From contig CAVZIK010000006.1 of NCBI GenBank assembly GCA_963775295.1, forward strand, positions 1,813,038 through 1,877,037: a stretch of 64,000 nucleotides of DNA, given 5' to 3'. Positions 45,827 through 56,039 of the stretch are shown in pieces (position 1 is the stretch's first letter; every line of letters starts with the position of its first letter). The DNA comes from an uncultured Actinomycetes bacterium. GTDB lineage: Bacteria > Actinomycetota > Thermoleophilia > RBG-16-64-13. Under the pieces are notes generated by a model that saw nothing but the letters and a program-made list of their open reading frames with translations, searched no databases and was not told the DNA's origin. A program made the position numbers and the translations under genes.

Positions 45827-48800
45827 GCTTTCACTCCGTCCACGAGCAGTTCGTCCAGCATGGCGACCAGCGCGTCGTCTTCCTGATGCTGCAGGGTGAT
45901 CGCCCTGGCCGGGCACGACGCGGCGCAACTGCCGCAGCCCATGCACATGGCGCCCTGTATCTCCGCCTTACCGAGCACGTTGATCATGGGAGCGCCGTAG
46001 GGACAGACCTTGACGCAGGTGGCACACGCCACGCAGTTCTCCGGATCGACCTTGGCTACCTGTCCCGGGATCTCCAGATGCGTCTTGGAGAGGACGGTCG
46101 TGGCGCGGCCCACCGTGGCCTGAGCCTGGGCGATGGTCTCGTCCATGAACCTGGGGGAGTGAGCGAGGCCGCACAGGAACTCACCCTCGTTGGCTAGATC
46201 GACCGGGCGGAGCTTGGGATGCGCCTCCAAGAAGAATCCGTCGGCGGTGAGGGCGCTGCGCAGTTGTCCGGAGAGCACCGGGTTTCCCTCGGCCGGAGCG
46301 ATGCCGGTGGAGAGCACCAGCAGGTCGGGGCGCAAGACCAGGTCGCGATTATTCGACGCGTCGTTCACCGTCACTTTGAGCCGCCCGCCGTCTTCGACCA
46401 CGATGGGGTCGTTCTTCTCGGGATAGCGCACGAACAGCACGCCTTCTTCTCTGGCTTTTTGGAAGAATGTCTCGCGGAATCCGTAGGTGCGGATGTCCCG
46501 CCCCAGGACCGCCACGTTGGCGTCGGGTAGACGGCGCTTGATCTCGAGGGCGTTCTTGACCGCCTCCGAGCAGCACACCCGGCTGCAGTACTGGTGTTCG
46601 TCGTTGCGGCTCTCCACGCACTGGATCATCACCACTGTGGGATTCTGCTTGCCCTGCAGTTCCGCCGGTAGAGCGCCGTCCAGCAGAGCCGCCTCCAGCT
46701 TGCTCTGGGTGGTCACGTGCGGGTTCTTGCCGTGCAGGTACAACTCGGTTTGCCGTTCCCGGCCGCCGGTCGCGACGATGATCACTCCGTGGCTGATGGG
46801 CACTTCCGTGCCGGCCGCGTTGAGGACGCTCTTGAAGTCGCCCACATGTCCACTGAGGCTCGCCGCCGTGGTGTTGAGATAGACCGTGATGCCGGGATGG
46901 GCCTGGACCTTCTCCACCAGTTCGCGGAGATAGGATTCGACGTCGGCTCCTTCGAGCGTGCCGTGGACCTCGCGCAGCAGGCCGCCCAGGGCCGGTTGCT
47001 TCTCCACCAGGTGGACGGCGAAGCCTTGGTCGGCGATGCCCAGAGCCGCGGTCATGCCGGCCAGCCCGCCGCCGAGGACGAGCGCCGAGGCCGTTACCGG
47101 AAGTTGCCCGGTCTGCAGGGCCTTGAGATGCCGGGCCCGTCCCACGGCCATGCGGGTGAGGTCGACGGCTTTGTCGGTCGCCCCCACGGGGTCGTCCTTG
47201 TGCACCCAGGAACCCTGATCGCGGATGTTGGCCATCGTGAATAGATACTGGTTGAGACCGCTCTCGCGCAGCGTCTCCTGGAAGAGGGGCTCGTGCGTGC
47301 GCGGCGAGCAGGAGGAGACCACCAACCTATTGAGGTGATGCTTCGCGATCATGTCCTTGATGTGCTGCTGGTTGGTATCCGAGCAGGTGTAGATGCTGGT
47401 CTCGGCATGGGCGACGTTGGGCATGGTGGAGGCCTGCTGGGCCACCCGTTCCACGTCGATGACCGAGGCGATGTTCTGGCCGCAATGGCAGATAAAGACG
47501 CCCACCCGCGGCTCTTCGTCGGTGATGTCGCGTTCCCAGGGGTACTCGTGCCGTTGGATGAGGTTGCCCCGAACCTGGGCCAGTTGGTCCATGGCGCACG
47601 CCGCCGCCGCAGATGCTTGAGCCACCGACTCGGGGATGTCCTTGGGTTCCTGGAAGGCGCCCGCCACGTAGAGACCGGGCTTCGAGGTCGCAAGCGGGGC
47701 CAGTCGGTCGGTCTGGGCGAAGCCGAACTCGTTGAGGTCCACTCCCAGCCTGGCCGCGGTTTCGCGGACGCTGTTGGGGACCTGGATGCCCACGCTCAGT
47801 ACCACCAGGTCGAATTCCTTCTCCTGCTCGGTCCCGTCCGGGTCGAAGTAGCGGACCCGCGGGTTCTTCGTGCCGGGCATCTCGACCACGCGCGAGGGAA
47901 TGGCCCGGATGTATTTGACGCCATGCTCGTCGCGGGCGCGGTTGACGTAGCTGTCGAACTCCTTGCCGAAGGCTCGGACGTCCATGCAGAAGATGGAGAC
48001 GTCGAGGTCTCTCCCGTGCGCATGCTCCATGGCGACCATGGCTTCCTTGGTGGCGCTCATGCAGCAGATGGAAGAGCAGTATCCCTTGCCTCGGGCGGTG
48101 TCGCGGCTGCCCACGCATTGGATGAAGGCGATCCGTTCCACTTCCCCGCCGTCCGAAGGCCGCTCCACGTGTCCGCCGGTGGGACCCGCGGCCGAAAGCA
48201 TGCGCTCGAACTGGACGCTGGACAGCACATTGGAGTAGCGGCCGTGGCCGAACTCGCCCCGTCCCGCACCCTGGAACTCTTCGAAGCCGGGGGTGACGAT
48301 CACGCTGCCCGCATCGATCTCGATCTCCGTGGGCTGCATGTCGTGTTGCACCGCGCCGACGGTGCAGACCTTCACGCACTGCATGCATTCGCTGCACATA
48401 CCGCAGGCCAGGCAGCGCTTGGCTTCGGCGACGGCCTGTTCCTCGGTGAAGCCTTCACTCACTTCGCCCCAGTTGTGGCGGCGCTCGCCTCCCGGATGTT
48501 CGGTCATGTGCAGGCGCGGCGCCCGGGCGATTCTGGCCAGTTCGGTTTCGTCGGGGCGGGCGTCGGGCATCAGCTCGCCCCCGAAGGCGACCAGCTGCTT
48601 GCCGCGCAGATAGTTGTGGATGTTGGCCGCGGCCTTGCGGCCGGCGGCTATGGCTTCGATCGCCGTGAGCGGACCTTGCGGGGCCGCGTCGCCGCCGGCG
48701 AATACGCCGGGGCGGCCGGTGGCCATAGTGGTGTCGGTAATCTTGATGGCGTTGCCCTCGATCTCGACGCCTTCCAGCGAGGTTCCCTCGGTGCCTCTGG

Positions 48801-50355
48801 CGAAGTCGTCCACCAGTGCCTGCCCGATGGCGAAGATCACCGTATCGCACGGGATCTCGAAGAAGTCGCCGGGGATGGGCTCCGGACGGCGGCGGCCTTT
48901 CTCGTCGGGTTCGCCCAGCTTGTTCCGCTGGAACTTGACCCCGCTCACCTTGCCGCCACTGCCGATGATCTCCACCGGCGCGGCCAGGAATTCCACTTTC
49001 ACCTGTTCGGCGAGGCCTCCCTCGATCTCGTCGGGCGTAGCCGGCATCTCCTCGCGCGTGCGGCGATAGGCGACGGTGACCTCGGGGGACTTCCCGTTGA
49101 CGGACTTGAGACGCGAAGCGGCGCCCGCGGTATCGAAGGCCACGTCGCCGCCACCGATGACGACCACGCGATCGCCCACCGGCAGGGGCCGACCCAGGTT
49201 GACCGCCTGCAGGAACTCGACCGCCTTAATGCAGCCGTCGAGATCGTCGCCCTTGGCAGGAGCCGGGGCGCTGGCGTGCAGGCCTGGGGCTAAGAAGACG
49301 GCACGGTAGCCCTCTTCGAGCAGTCCGTCGACGGTGAAGTCGGTCCCGCAGCGCTGGTTGACCCGCAGGTCGACGCCGAGGGCGCAGATGTTGTCGATCT
49401 CGCCCTGAAGGACGTCCTGGGGCATGCGGTAGTCGGGAATGCCCACCCGCAACATGCCGCCGGCGACCGGAAGGGCTTCGAAGATGGTGGTTGCGTAGCC
49501 GTACTGGGCCAGGTCGCGGGCGCAGCTGAGGCCGGCCGGACCGCCGCCTATGATCGCCACCTTGTCTTCGTAGACGAGCGGCAGCTTCGCCGGCTGGTCG
49601 TCGGGGGTGCCGTGATCGGAGACGTAGCGCTTCAGACTGGCGATTGAGATGGGCTCGTCCACCGAGCCCCTCGTGCAGGCGGTCTCGCAGGGATGCGGGC
49701 ACACCCGGCCGCAGGCGGCAGGCAGCGGGCAGTCCTCGCGGACCAACTCGTAGGCTTCCTTGAACTTGGAGGCGGCGATGAGGGCCACGTAGCCCTGGGC
49801 GTTGACGCCCGCTGGGCATGAGGACTTGCAGGGAGCGCGCCCTTCACGCTTGGATATCCCAAAGACGTTGGGGATGGCCTGCGGATAGGGGCGGAAGATC
49901 GCCTTGCGGGTGCCGAGATTGCGGTCGAACTCGTTGGGCAGGTCGACCGGGCAGGCGTCGACGCAGTCGCCGCAGGCGTTGCACTTCTCCAGATCCACGT
50001 AGCGCGGGGCCTGCAGGAGCTTCACCTTGAAATTGCCCGGCTCTCCGGAAATGCCCTGGACGTCGGCCATGGTGATGATCTCGACGTTCTTGTTACGGGC
50101 TACCTCCACCAGCTTGGGGGAGAGGATGCACATGGCGCAGTCGCCGGTGGGGAAGGTCTTGTCCAGCTGCGACATCCTTCCGCCGATGGCCGGGGAGGAG
50201 TCCACCAGGTAGACCTTGAAACCGCTCTCGGCCAGGTCCAGTGAGGCCTGGATGCCGGTGATGCCCGCGCCACAGACCATGACGGCGCCAACCGGCTCGG
50301 TGGCGGTCGCCCCGCTGCCGGCGCCGTTCCCGTTGCTTTTGATGATCTCGCTCAT
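45823..50355 (-). CDS. hdrA: Large HdrA-like flavoprotein (HdrL type): two HdrA FAD modules plus an embedded GltD/NfnA-like NAD(P)H module and ferredoxin domains
   Basis: GAGITG, LDKTFPTGDCAMC, QCVGSRD, YCSSICCMSATK, PKDIPES; insert CKSSCPAG..CGRVCPHPCE.AC.R, GGGPAG, GGGDVA, YRR; second module FICHCG, CSPRTHE, GGGLAG, YCSRVCCSEAVK; C-terminal 2x CxxCxxCxxxCP. Confidence 0.93.
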   Translation of the reverse strand: MSEIIKSNGNGAGSGATATEPVGAVMVCGAGITGIQASLDLAESGFKVYLVDSSPAIGGRMSQLDKTFPTGDCAMCILSPKLVEVARNKNVEIITMADVQGISGEPGNFKVKLLQAPRYVDLEKCNACGDCVDACPVDLPNEFDRNLGTRKAIFRPYPQAIPNVFGISKREGRAPCKSSCPAGVNAQGYVALIAASKFKEAYELVREDCPLPAACGRVCPHPCETACTRGSVDEPISIASLKRYVSDHGTPDDQPAKLPLVYEDKVAIIGGGPAGLSCARDLAQYGYATTIFEALPVAGGMLRVGIPDYRMPQDVLQGEIDNICALGVDLRVNQRCGTDFTVDGLLEEGYRAVFLAPGLHASAPAPAKGDDLDGCIKAVEFLQAVNLGRPLPVGDRVVVIGGGDVAFDTAGAASRLKSVNGKSPEVTVAYRRTREEMPATPDEIEGGLAEQVKVEFLAAPVEIIGSGGKVSGVKFQRNKLGEPDEKGRRRPEPIPGDFFEIPCDTVIFAIGQALVDDFARGTEGTSLEGVEIEGNAIKITDTTMATGRPGVFAGGDAAPQGPLTAIEAIAAGRKAAANIHNYLRGKQLVAFGGELMPDARPDETELARIARAPRLHMTEHPGGERRHNWGEVSEGFTEEQAVAEAKRCLACGMCSECMQCVKVCTVGAVQHDMQPTEIEIDAGSVIVTPGFEEFQGAGRGEFGHGRYSNVLSSVQFERMLSAAGPTGGHVERPSDGGEVERIAFIQCVGSRDTARGKGYCSSICCMSATKEAMVAMEHAHGRDLDVSIFCMDVRAFGKEFDSYVNRARDEHGVKYIRAIPSRVVEMPGTKNPRVRYFDPDGTEQEKEFDLVVLSVGIQVPNSVRETAARLGVDLNEFGFAQTDRLAPLATSKPGLYVAGAFQEPKDIPESVAQASAAAACAMDQLAQVRGNLIQRHEYPWERDITDEEPRVGVFICHCGQNIASVIDVERVAQQASTMPNVAHAETSIYTCSDTNQQHIKDMIAKHHLNRLVVSSCSPRTHEPLFQETLRESGLNQYLFTMANIRDQGSWVHKDDPVGATDKAVDLTRMAVGRARHLKALQTGQLPVTASALVLGGGLAGMTAALGIADQGFAVHLVEKQPALGGLLREVHGTLEGADVESYLRELVEKVQAHPGITVYLNTTAASLSGHVGDFKSVLNAAGTEVPISHGVIIVATGGRERQTELYLHGKNPHVTTQSKLEAALLDGALPAELQGKQNPTVVMIQCVESRNDEHQYCSRVCCSEAVKNALEIKRRLPDANVAVLGRDIRTYGFRETFFQKAREEGVLFVRYPEKNDPIVVEDGGRLKVTVNDASNNRDLVLRPDLLVLSTGIAPAEGNPVLSGQLRSALTADGFFLEAHPKLRPVDLANEGEFLCGLAHSPRFMDETIAQAQATVGRATTVLSKTHLEIPGQVAKVDPENCVACATCVKVCPYGAPMINVLGKAEIQGAMCMGCGSCAASCPARAITLQHQEDDALVAMLDELLVDGVKA

Positions 50356-51245
50356 GATCGCGCTCCAACCGGCTGAGCCGGCTTACCGCCGAGCCCTTTG
50401 GATTCCAGCAGCTTCCGCGGATCCACTATGAGGCTGTCGAGCGACACCTCGCTCGCCGAGCAGCCCATGGCCAGACCCAGCAGTTGCGTGAAGTAGAAGA
50501 TGGGCATGTCGTAACGCCGCCCGTACTTCGCCGCGACGTCCTTCTGCCTCATGTCCAGATTGAGCTGGCAGAGCGGGCAGGCGGTGGCGATGCAGTCCAC
50601 GCCCGACGCCTGCGCCATGGCAAGGATCCTGTCGGTGAGTTCCACCACGATGCTCGAATCGGCGATGGAGAAGCTCGCTCCGCAGCACTCGGTCTTGTGC
50701 GGCCAGTCGACGACGGTGGCTCCCGCGGTCTCGAGGAGGCGATCCATCAGCGTGGGATTCTCGGGGTCGTCGAATTGGGTGACTTCCGGCGGACGGGTCA
50801 GCAGACAGCCGTAGTAGCAGGCCACTTTCAGGCCGGTGAGCGGGCGGCGGATGGCAGCGGCGATCTCGTTCTGCATGTCCTGGCCCATAATCTCCAGCAT
50901 GTGTCGCACGGGCGTGTTGCCGTCGTAGTCGCCGCCGACCACTTGAGCCACCCTGGTCCGCACCTCGGCGTCGCCGGCGATGTGATGATTGGCCATCTTC
51001 AAGCGGCTGTAGCAGGCCGCGCAGGAGACCGCGACCGTGGTGCCGTTCGCCGCGCGCAGGTTCTGCGCCGGCAGGGCGTCTGCAAGCAGCGGGTCGCTGC
51101 TGTGGGCCGCGGTGGAACCGCAGCAAATCCAGTCCTTTATCTCGGGGAGTTCCAGTTCCAGCTTGGATGCGACTGCCAGGGTGGAACGATGGAAGTCTTT
51201 GGCCGTGCCCTCGAGCGAACAACCTGGGTAGAAGACGTAGTTCAA
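50352..51245 (-). CDS. hdrB: Heterodisulfide reductase subunit B
   Basis: YPGCSLEG, WICCGS, CAACY, YYGCLL.RP, ECCGAS, CPLCQLNLD: two complete CCG domains. Confidence 0.93.
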   Translation of the reverse strand: MNYVFYPGCSLEGTAKDFHRSTLAVASKLELELPEIKDWICCGSTAAHSSDPLLADALPAQNLRAANGTTVAVSCAACYSRLKMANHHIAGDAEVRTRVAQVVGGDYDGNTPVRHMLEIMGQDMQNEIAAAIRRPLTGLKVACYYGCLLTRPPEVTQFDDPENPTLMDRLLETAGATVVDWPHKTECCGASFSIADSSIVVELTDRILAMAQASGVDCIATACPLCQLNLDMRQKDVAAKYGRRYDMPIFYFTQLLGLAMGCSASEVSLDSLIVDPRKLLESKGLGGKPAQPVGARS

Positions 51246-51808
51246 GGCTTACCTCCCTGGGCCGCCCGGCGGAACAGCTTCTCGCGCTCGCTTCGCCCGC
51301 GCATCCGCGTCCCGAACAGGGGCAGCTTGCCCTTTCTCAACATCGTGGGGGCTTTGTCGAAGTCCTCGAAGAACCGCTTCGTACGAAGCTTGAAGCTCGC
51401 CATGAGGCTGAGCTCGTGCACGCGACCGCGTTTGCGGACGCTGTTCAGGAAGATCTCCGTAAAAGCGGGTACGGCCGAGCCCGCAGCCATCTTCCTCTCG
51501 GCGAGACTCAGGGCTCGCAGAGCGTCGTTCATGGCGGCGATGTCCACTTTCTGCGGGCAGCGAGTAATGCAAGTCTGACACGACGTGCATTCCCAGATGA
51601 GGCGGCTGCGCAGCGCGGCTTCGCGTTGGTTGGTCTGAACGAGCCGCACGAGTTCGTGCGGCCTGATATCCGTGCGGCCGGCCACGGGGCAGCCGCTGGA
51701 GCACTTGGTGCATTGGAGGCAGCTCATGGGGGATACGCCGCTGGAGCTCTTCACCTGGTTGGCCAGGTTGCCGCCGATCTCTTGGATCTCTATCGTCAGG
51801 GGGGTCAC
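51242..51808 (-). CDS. hdrC: Heterodisulfide reductase subunit C
   Basis: CLQCTKCSSGCP, WECTSCQTCITRCP, GRVHE; GTG after GAAGGAG. Confidence 0.9.
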   Translation of the reverse strand: MTPLTIEIQEIGGNLANQVKSSSGVSPMSCLQCTKCSSGCPVAGRTDIRPHELVRLVQTNQREAALRSRLIWECTSCQTCITRCPQKVDIAAMNDALRALSLAERKMAAGSAVPAFTEIFLNSVRKRGRVHELSLMASFKLRTKRFFEDFDKAPTMLRKGKLPLFGTRMRGRSEREKLFRRAAQGGKP

Positions 51809-54408
51809 TTCTTCTCCTTCGAGCCGGCGAGCACCGTCAGCTTGACCGCTGTCACCTTGCGGTAGACGTCTTGCGGGTTGCGGAGTTGGCCGTCCACCGT
51901 GAGCAGGTCCTCGACTCGGATGCCGAAGAGCCGCTCGTTCTCCTCCAGGTAGCCGCGGATCAACCGCCAATCCTTCTCGTCGATGGAGGAGACCACGCCT
52001 CCGTTCAGTTGGCGATCGACCACCTGATCGTGAGGATCGCGGATGTAGATGGCGCCGCCGCTGGCCAGCGAGAACAGGTTGCTGCCCGGATATGGCGACG
52101 CCTGAGGAACGATCTGGCCGCAACCGTCGAACTCGATGCCGTTGAGGATGACGAATCCGCCTCCCGCCAGGGGATCTCCGGCCATGAAGGACTCAGCCAG
52201 GAAGTCCAGGCAGGTGCCGTTGATGACCACTCGCGGCCGTCCCACGGCGTTGATGAGCGGGCGGCCCGCTCCGTTACCGAGGACGAAGACGTCGCCGCCT
52301 TTGGCGCCGTACATGAAGGTCTGGCCCACGTCGCCGTAGATGACCAGCTTGCCGCGCTTGGCGATCTGGGCCAGCTGATCTTGCGCGTTGCCGTGGATAT
52401 AGAGCTCGAGGCCGTCCATGCCGCTCGCGGTGTAGTCGCCGTTGGAACCGTACAGGTCGATGCGGACGCCGTCGGTCCCTGCTCCCAGACCTGCTCCATG
52501 GAAACGTTGCCCGCGCAGGCGATAAACGATGAACCGCTTCCAACCCAAGCGGTATCCGGCGCGGAGCAGGACTGCGTCGCAGTCGTCGCCCTCCGGCGGG
52601 AACCCCTCGGCGTCGATGCAGAGCACGTCTTCGCCGGTTTGCGGCGCCGCCAGGCTGTCGCGCGTGTCCCAGGTGATCCTTCGCCAATAACCGGTGGCAG
52701 GCTCTCCGAAGAGCGGAGCTTGGTCGAACAGGTCGTCGAGGGTCTCCTCGAGCACCTGGACGACAGTGGCGCGGCGTTTGTCCCCCGTGGGGAAGCGGCG
52801 GTCGTGAAGTTTCGTGAGCAATTCGACGGCGGCGGCGCGGGACTTGGAGTTGTCCGTTCCTCCGAGCACCGCCCGGCAGAACTGGCGCAGCCGGTCGGCC
52901 GGCCACGAAGGCATGTCGCGTACGACCTCCGCGAAGAGGCCTTCCACGTCGCCTTGGCGCAGCTTCTCGGCAAGACCCTCGATGGGGCTCGCCTGATCGA
53001 CGTCGGCACACGGTAGGTCACAGCGCACCGTGCCCACCTCGTTCTTGACCTCGCGGCCGAACTTGTCGGCGCATGAAAGTCGCATCTTGCCGCTGTCGCC
53101 GTTGCTGCCGGGCGCCACCGTGAAGATGAAGGCGCCGCCATCGGTGGAGGAGCCGCCGCGGGCGTTCCAGTACTTGTCGGCCACCGGGCAGAAGCGCGGG
53201 TCTTCCTCGGCCAGGCTGCGCAACGTGGCGTCGATGGCCTGCTTCTCCGAGCATATGAGCCCGATCTGAACGTCTCCGCTGTCGGAAAGCGCGAAGACCT
53301 GCGGGCGGAGCATGGCGGTGTCGGTGATGCCCATGAGCTGGAACCTGTCTCCCTGGCTCCGGGCGATGATGAAGAACCACGGACCGTCCGGCGACGCGTG
53401 GATATGGGTCGCCTGGATCTGCCGGTAGATGGCTTGCTTCTCGGAAGGCAAGTTGTCGAAGTCGAGTTCGGTGGTGGGAGCCAGCGCCTCGATGATGTAC
53501 TCCAGCGGATACTGGTAGACACGGTCCCACAGATCGAAGAGTTGGACCGAGACCTCCGTGTCGGTGAGGAACTGTTGCCGGATGTTGCGTTGGCGCAGGT
53601 ACTCGCAGACCGAATGGTAGTTGGCGAAGTCGCCATTGTGCACCAGCGCCTCGTTCACTCCCACAAAGGGGTGGGCTCCACCTGGGTGCCAGACGCGGCC
53701 CTTGGTCGGGTAGCGCTGGTGGGCGATCCACACATGCGCCTTGAAGTCTTGGAGCTTGTAGTACTCCACGTTCTGCTCGGCGTATCCCACCATCTTGAAG
53801 ACGAGCAGGTTCCGGGAGTGGGAGAGTACGAATGCGCGTTTCTCGCCCAGCGAGGCGTAGTACGTATCGTTGAGCCGATAGGTGTTGCGGAACATGAACT
53901 CGTCTTCGAGCGCGCGTGGGGCCAGGTCCTGCAGCCCCGCGGATTCGGCAAAAGCCCTCAACGCGGCCGGCTTAGCGCGCACCACATAGCGGTGCACGTC
54001 GGGCGGGCGCACTTCCAGGCCGATGTCGCGATAGTCTTCGATGTGCTCCTGCCTAGTGGACAGGGCCACGTCGAAGTTGGGGAGGATGAACTCACGCTCA
54101 AGTTCAGCGTGACAGTCGTCGTCGAGCAAGGCTATCTGCAGCAGGTTGTGGCTTTCGAGTAACTCCGAGGAGATGCCCAGTTGCTCGGGGACGAGGCCCG
54201 CCGCTGCGATGCCGCCCCCCTTGCCGTTGCCACGGTTCTGCATCTGCTTGGAAGGCTCGTAGATGAACTTTCCCTTCACCGGAACGGTGCAGGCAAAGCC
54301 GGTGACGCCGCAGCCGCCTTCTTCCACCCGCTCGGCTCCGATGGGCTCTTCCGGACGGGTGTAGACCTGTGACCTGCTGGCCAGTAGACGTTCGGCATAA
54401 TCGCTCAT
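51805..54408 (-). CDS. gltB: Glutamate synthase-like subunit: class II glutamine amidotransferase domain fused to GXGXG (GltB3/FwdC-like) domain
   Basis: EEGG|CGV Ntn cysteine site, NRGNGKGGG, HQRYPT, HNGDF, TDTE; C-terminal GNAQDQ, GDVGQTFMYGAKGG, LAESFMAG, SLASGGAIY. Confidence 0.88.
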   Translation of the reverse strand: MSDYAERLLASRSQVYTRPEEPIGAERVEEGGCGVTGFACTVPVKGKFIYEPSKQMQNRGNGKGGGIAAAGLVPEQLGISSELLESHNLLQIALLDDDCHAELEREFILPNFDVALSTRQEHIEDYRDIGLEVRPPDVHRYVVRAKPAALRAFAESAGLQDLAPRALEDEFMFRNTYRLNDTYYASLGEKRAFVLSHSRNLLVFKMVGYAEQNVEYYKLQDFKAHVWIAHQRYPTKGRVWHPGGAHPFVGVNEALVHNGDFANYHSVCEYLRQRNIRQQFLTDTEVSVQLFDLWDRVYQYPLEYIIEALAPTTELDFDNLPSEKQAIYRQIQATHIHASPDGPWFFIIARSQGDRFQLMGITDTAMLRPQVFALSDSGDVQIGLICSEKQAIDATLRSLAEEDPRFCPVADKYWNARGGSSTDGGAFIFTVAPGSNGDSGKMRLSCADKFGREVKNEVGTVRCDLPCADVDQASPIEGLAEKLRQGDVEGLFAEVVRDMPSWPADRLRQFCRAVLGGTDNSKSRAAAVELLTKLHDRRFPTGDKRRATVVQVLEETLDDLFDQAPLFGEPATGYWRRITWDTRDSLAAPQTGEDVLCIDAEGFPPEGDDCDAVLLRAGYRLGWKRFIVYRLRGQRFHGAGLGAGTDGVRIDLYGSNGDYTASGMDGLELYIHGNAQDQLAQIAKRGKLVIYGDVGQTFMYGAKGGDVFVLGNGAGRPLINAVGRPRVVINGTCLDFLAESFMAGDPLAGGGFVILNGIEFDGCGQIVPQASPYPGSNLFSLASGGAIYIRDPHDQVVDRQLNGGVVSSIDEKDWRLIRGYLEENERLFGIRVEDLLTVDGQLRNPQDVYRKVTAVKLTVLAGSKEKK

Positions 54409-56039
54409 CGAGACACCTGCCCCGCCGCCGCCGGCTCGTCGTCGGAGAGCGGCTCGTCGCTGATGTAGCACAGCACGTCGCTGCGCCCGCGAAGTTCACG
54501 GATGGACTTCATTCCCAGGCGCGACAGCACGGCGATCATTTGTTCTTGCCAGGCGTTGTTGAGGTTGATAAGCCGCTGAGTGGACCACTCCAGGCTCATC
54601 TGCGTCATGAGGTCGGGGTCGGTGGTGGCGATACCGCGCGGGCAACCCCGGCCGCTCTCGCAGCAGGCGCAACGCACGCAACCCAGCGCAACCAACTCGA
54701 CAGTCCCCACCACCACGCCGTCCGCGCCGAGAGCGATGGCCTTCAAGGCATCGTAGGCCGTGCGGATGCCGCCCGAGGCGATCAGCGTGATCTGGTCGCG
54801 TATGCCTTCGGCCACGAGAAACTTGTGTACTTTGGGAATCGCGAACTCGATGGGCATGGCGATGTTCTTCTTGGCGATGTCGGGGGCCGCGCCGGTGCCG
54901 CCGTAGCTGCCGTCCAGGTGGATGATGTGCGCCCCGGCGTAGTAGCTGCCCACGGCGACCATATCGACATCGGTGGGGGTCGACACCTTCACGCTCACCA
55001 GACAGTCGGGATTGACTTCCTTTATCCAATCGAGGTGCTTCTTGTGGTCCTCCACGCTGTAGACGCTGTGGAAGGGAAACGGGCTGAACAGCGCGTTGCC
55101 GGCCACGGCCTCACGCATGCGGGCGACTGGAGGAGTATTTTTGTCGCCCAGGAGGTGCCCGCCCAAGCCGGGCTTGGCGCCCTGCGCGTACTTGAACTCC
55201 ACGATGCGCACGCGCTGGATGGTCTCGTCGCGCACCCCGAAGAGGCCCGTGGCCACCTGGGTGATGACGTGGTTGTCGTAAGGCCTGAGGCGGTCGTGAT
55301 ACCCGCCCTCGCCGGTGCAGGTGAAGCTGTTCCAGGCGGCGGCGGCGCGGGCCTTACCCAGGATGGCGTGGATACTCACGCTTCCGAAGCTCATTCCCCC
55401 GCCGTAGACGGGAATATCCAGGTGCACCTGCGGACGGCCGTCGCTGCGTTGGTTCAGGTCCAGACTCATGTCGATGTCTTCAGCGGGAACCGGTTCGACG
55501 GCGCTCGTCTCGTTCTCGAACCCCTGGACCTCGAACTTGAAGCGCATCTTGTCGAACCCGCCTCCCGAGAGGCCGGTGCGAGATTCGAGATGCGGCGGGG
55601 CGGCATGGCCGGTGGCGGCCTGATGCCAGGTGGAGATGATCAGGTCACCGGGCCAGCGCGGATCGCCCATACAATCGGCGGCGGGGTTGCGCCGCACCGA
55701 AAGCGCGTTCTGCGGGCATTGGGCAATGCAGGACTCGCGCGAATTGGCGCATTCGGGGCCGATGCAGAGGTGATCCTTCGGCCGCAGGGTGAAGGCGTAG
55801 CCCTCGGGCTTGACGTGCACCCCGTATTGGCAGACTTCGACGCACCGGCCGCAGGATATGCAGCTGGCGAGACGGTCGACCTTGTATTTGCCCACGGCGT
55901 TACGGTAGCGGTCGGGAGCGGGGCGGACCTCGCGGTCCACCTTCTCACCAGGCCACTCGCTCTGGCCGAGATGTGTGACCGGCGCTCGCGCCGGTTCGCC
56001 CTGGACTTCGGCAGGAATGGTTTCAAGTTCGATCGTCAT
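54405..56039 (-). CDS. gltB: Glutamate synthase FMN-binding (GltB2-type) subunit with N-terminal ferredoxin domain
   Basis: GGGMSFGS, TGEGG, QVATGLFGV, KYAQGAKPGLGGHLLGDK, VSVKV, DGSYGGTGAAP, SGGIR, GCVRCACCESGRGCPRGIATTDP. Confidence 0.9.
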   Translation of the reverse strand: MTIELETIPAEVQGEPARAPVTHLGQSEWPGEKVDREVRPAPDRYRNAVGKYKVDRLASCISCGRCVEVCQYGVHVKPEGYAFTLRPKDHLCIGPECANSRESCIAQCPQNALSVRRNPAADCMGDPRWPGDLIISTWHQAATGHAAPPHLESRTGLSGGGFDKMRFKFEVQGFENETSAVEPVPAEDIDMSLDLNQRSDGRPQVHLDIPVYGGGMSFGSVSIHAILGKARAAAAWNSFTCTGEGGYHDRLRPYDNHVITQVATGLFGVRDETIQRVRIVEFKYAQGAKPGLGGHLLGDKNTPPVARMREAVAGNALFSPFPFHSVYSVEDHKKHLDWIKEVNPDCLVSVKVSTPTDVDMVAVGSYYAGAHIIHLDGSYGGTGAAPDIAKKNIAMPIEFAIPKVHKFLVAEGIRDQITLIASGGIRTAYDALKAIALGADGVVVGTVELVALGCVRCACCESGRGCPRGIATTDPDLMTQMSLEWSTQRLINLNNAWQEQMIAVLSRLGMKSIRELRGRSDVLCYISDEPLSDDEPAAAGQVSR

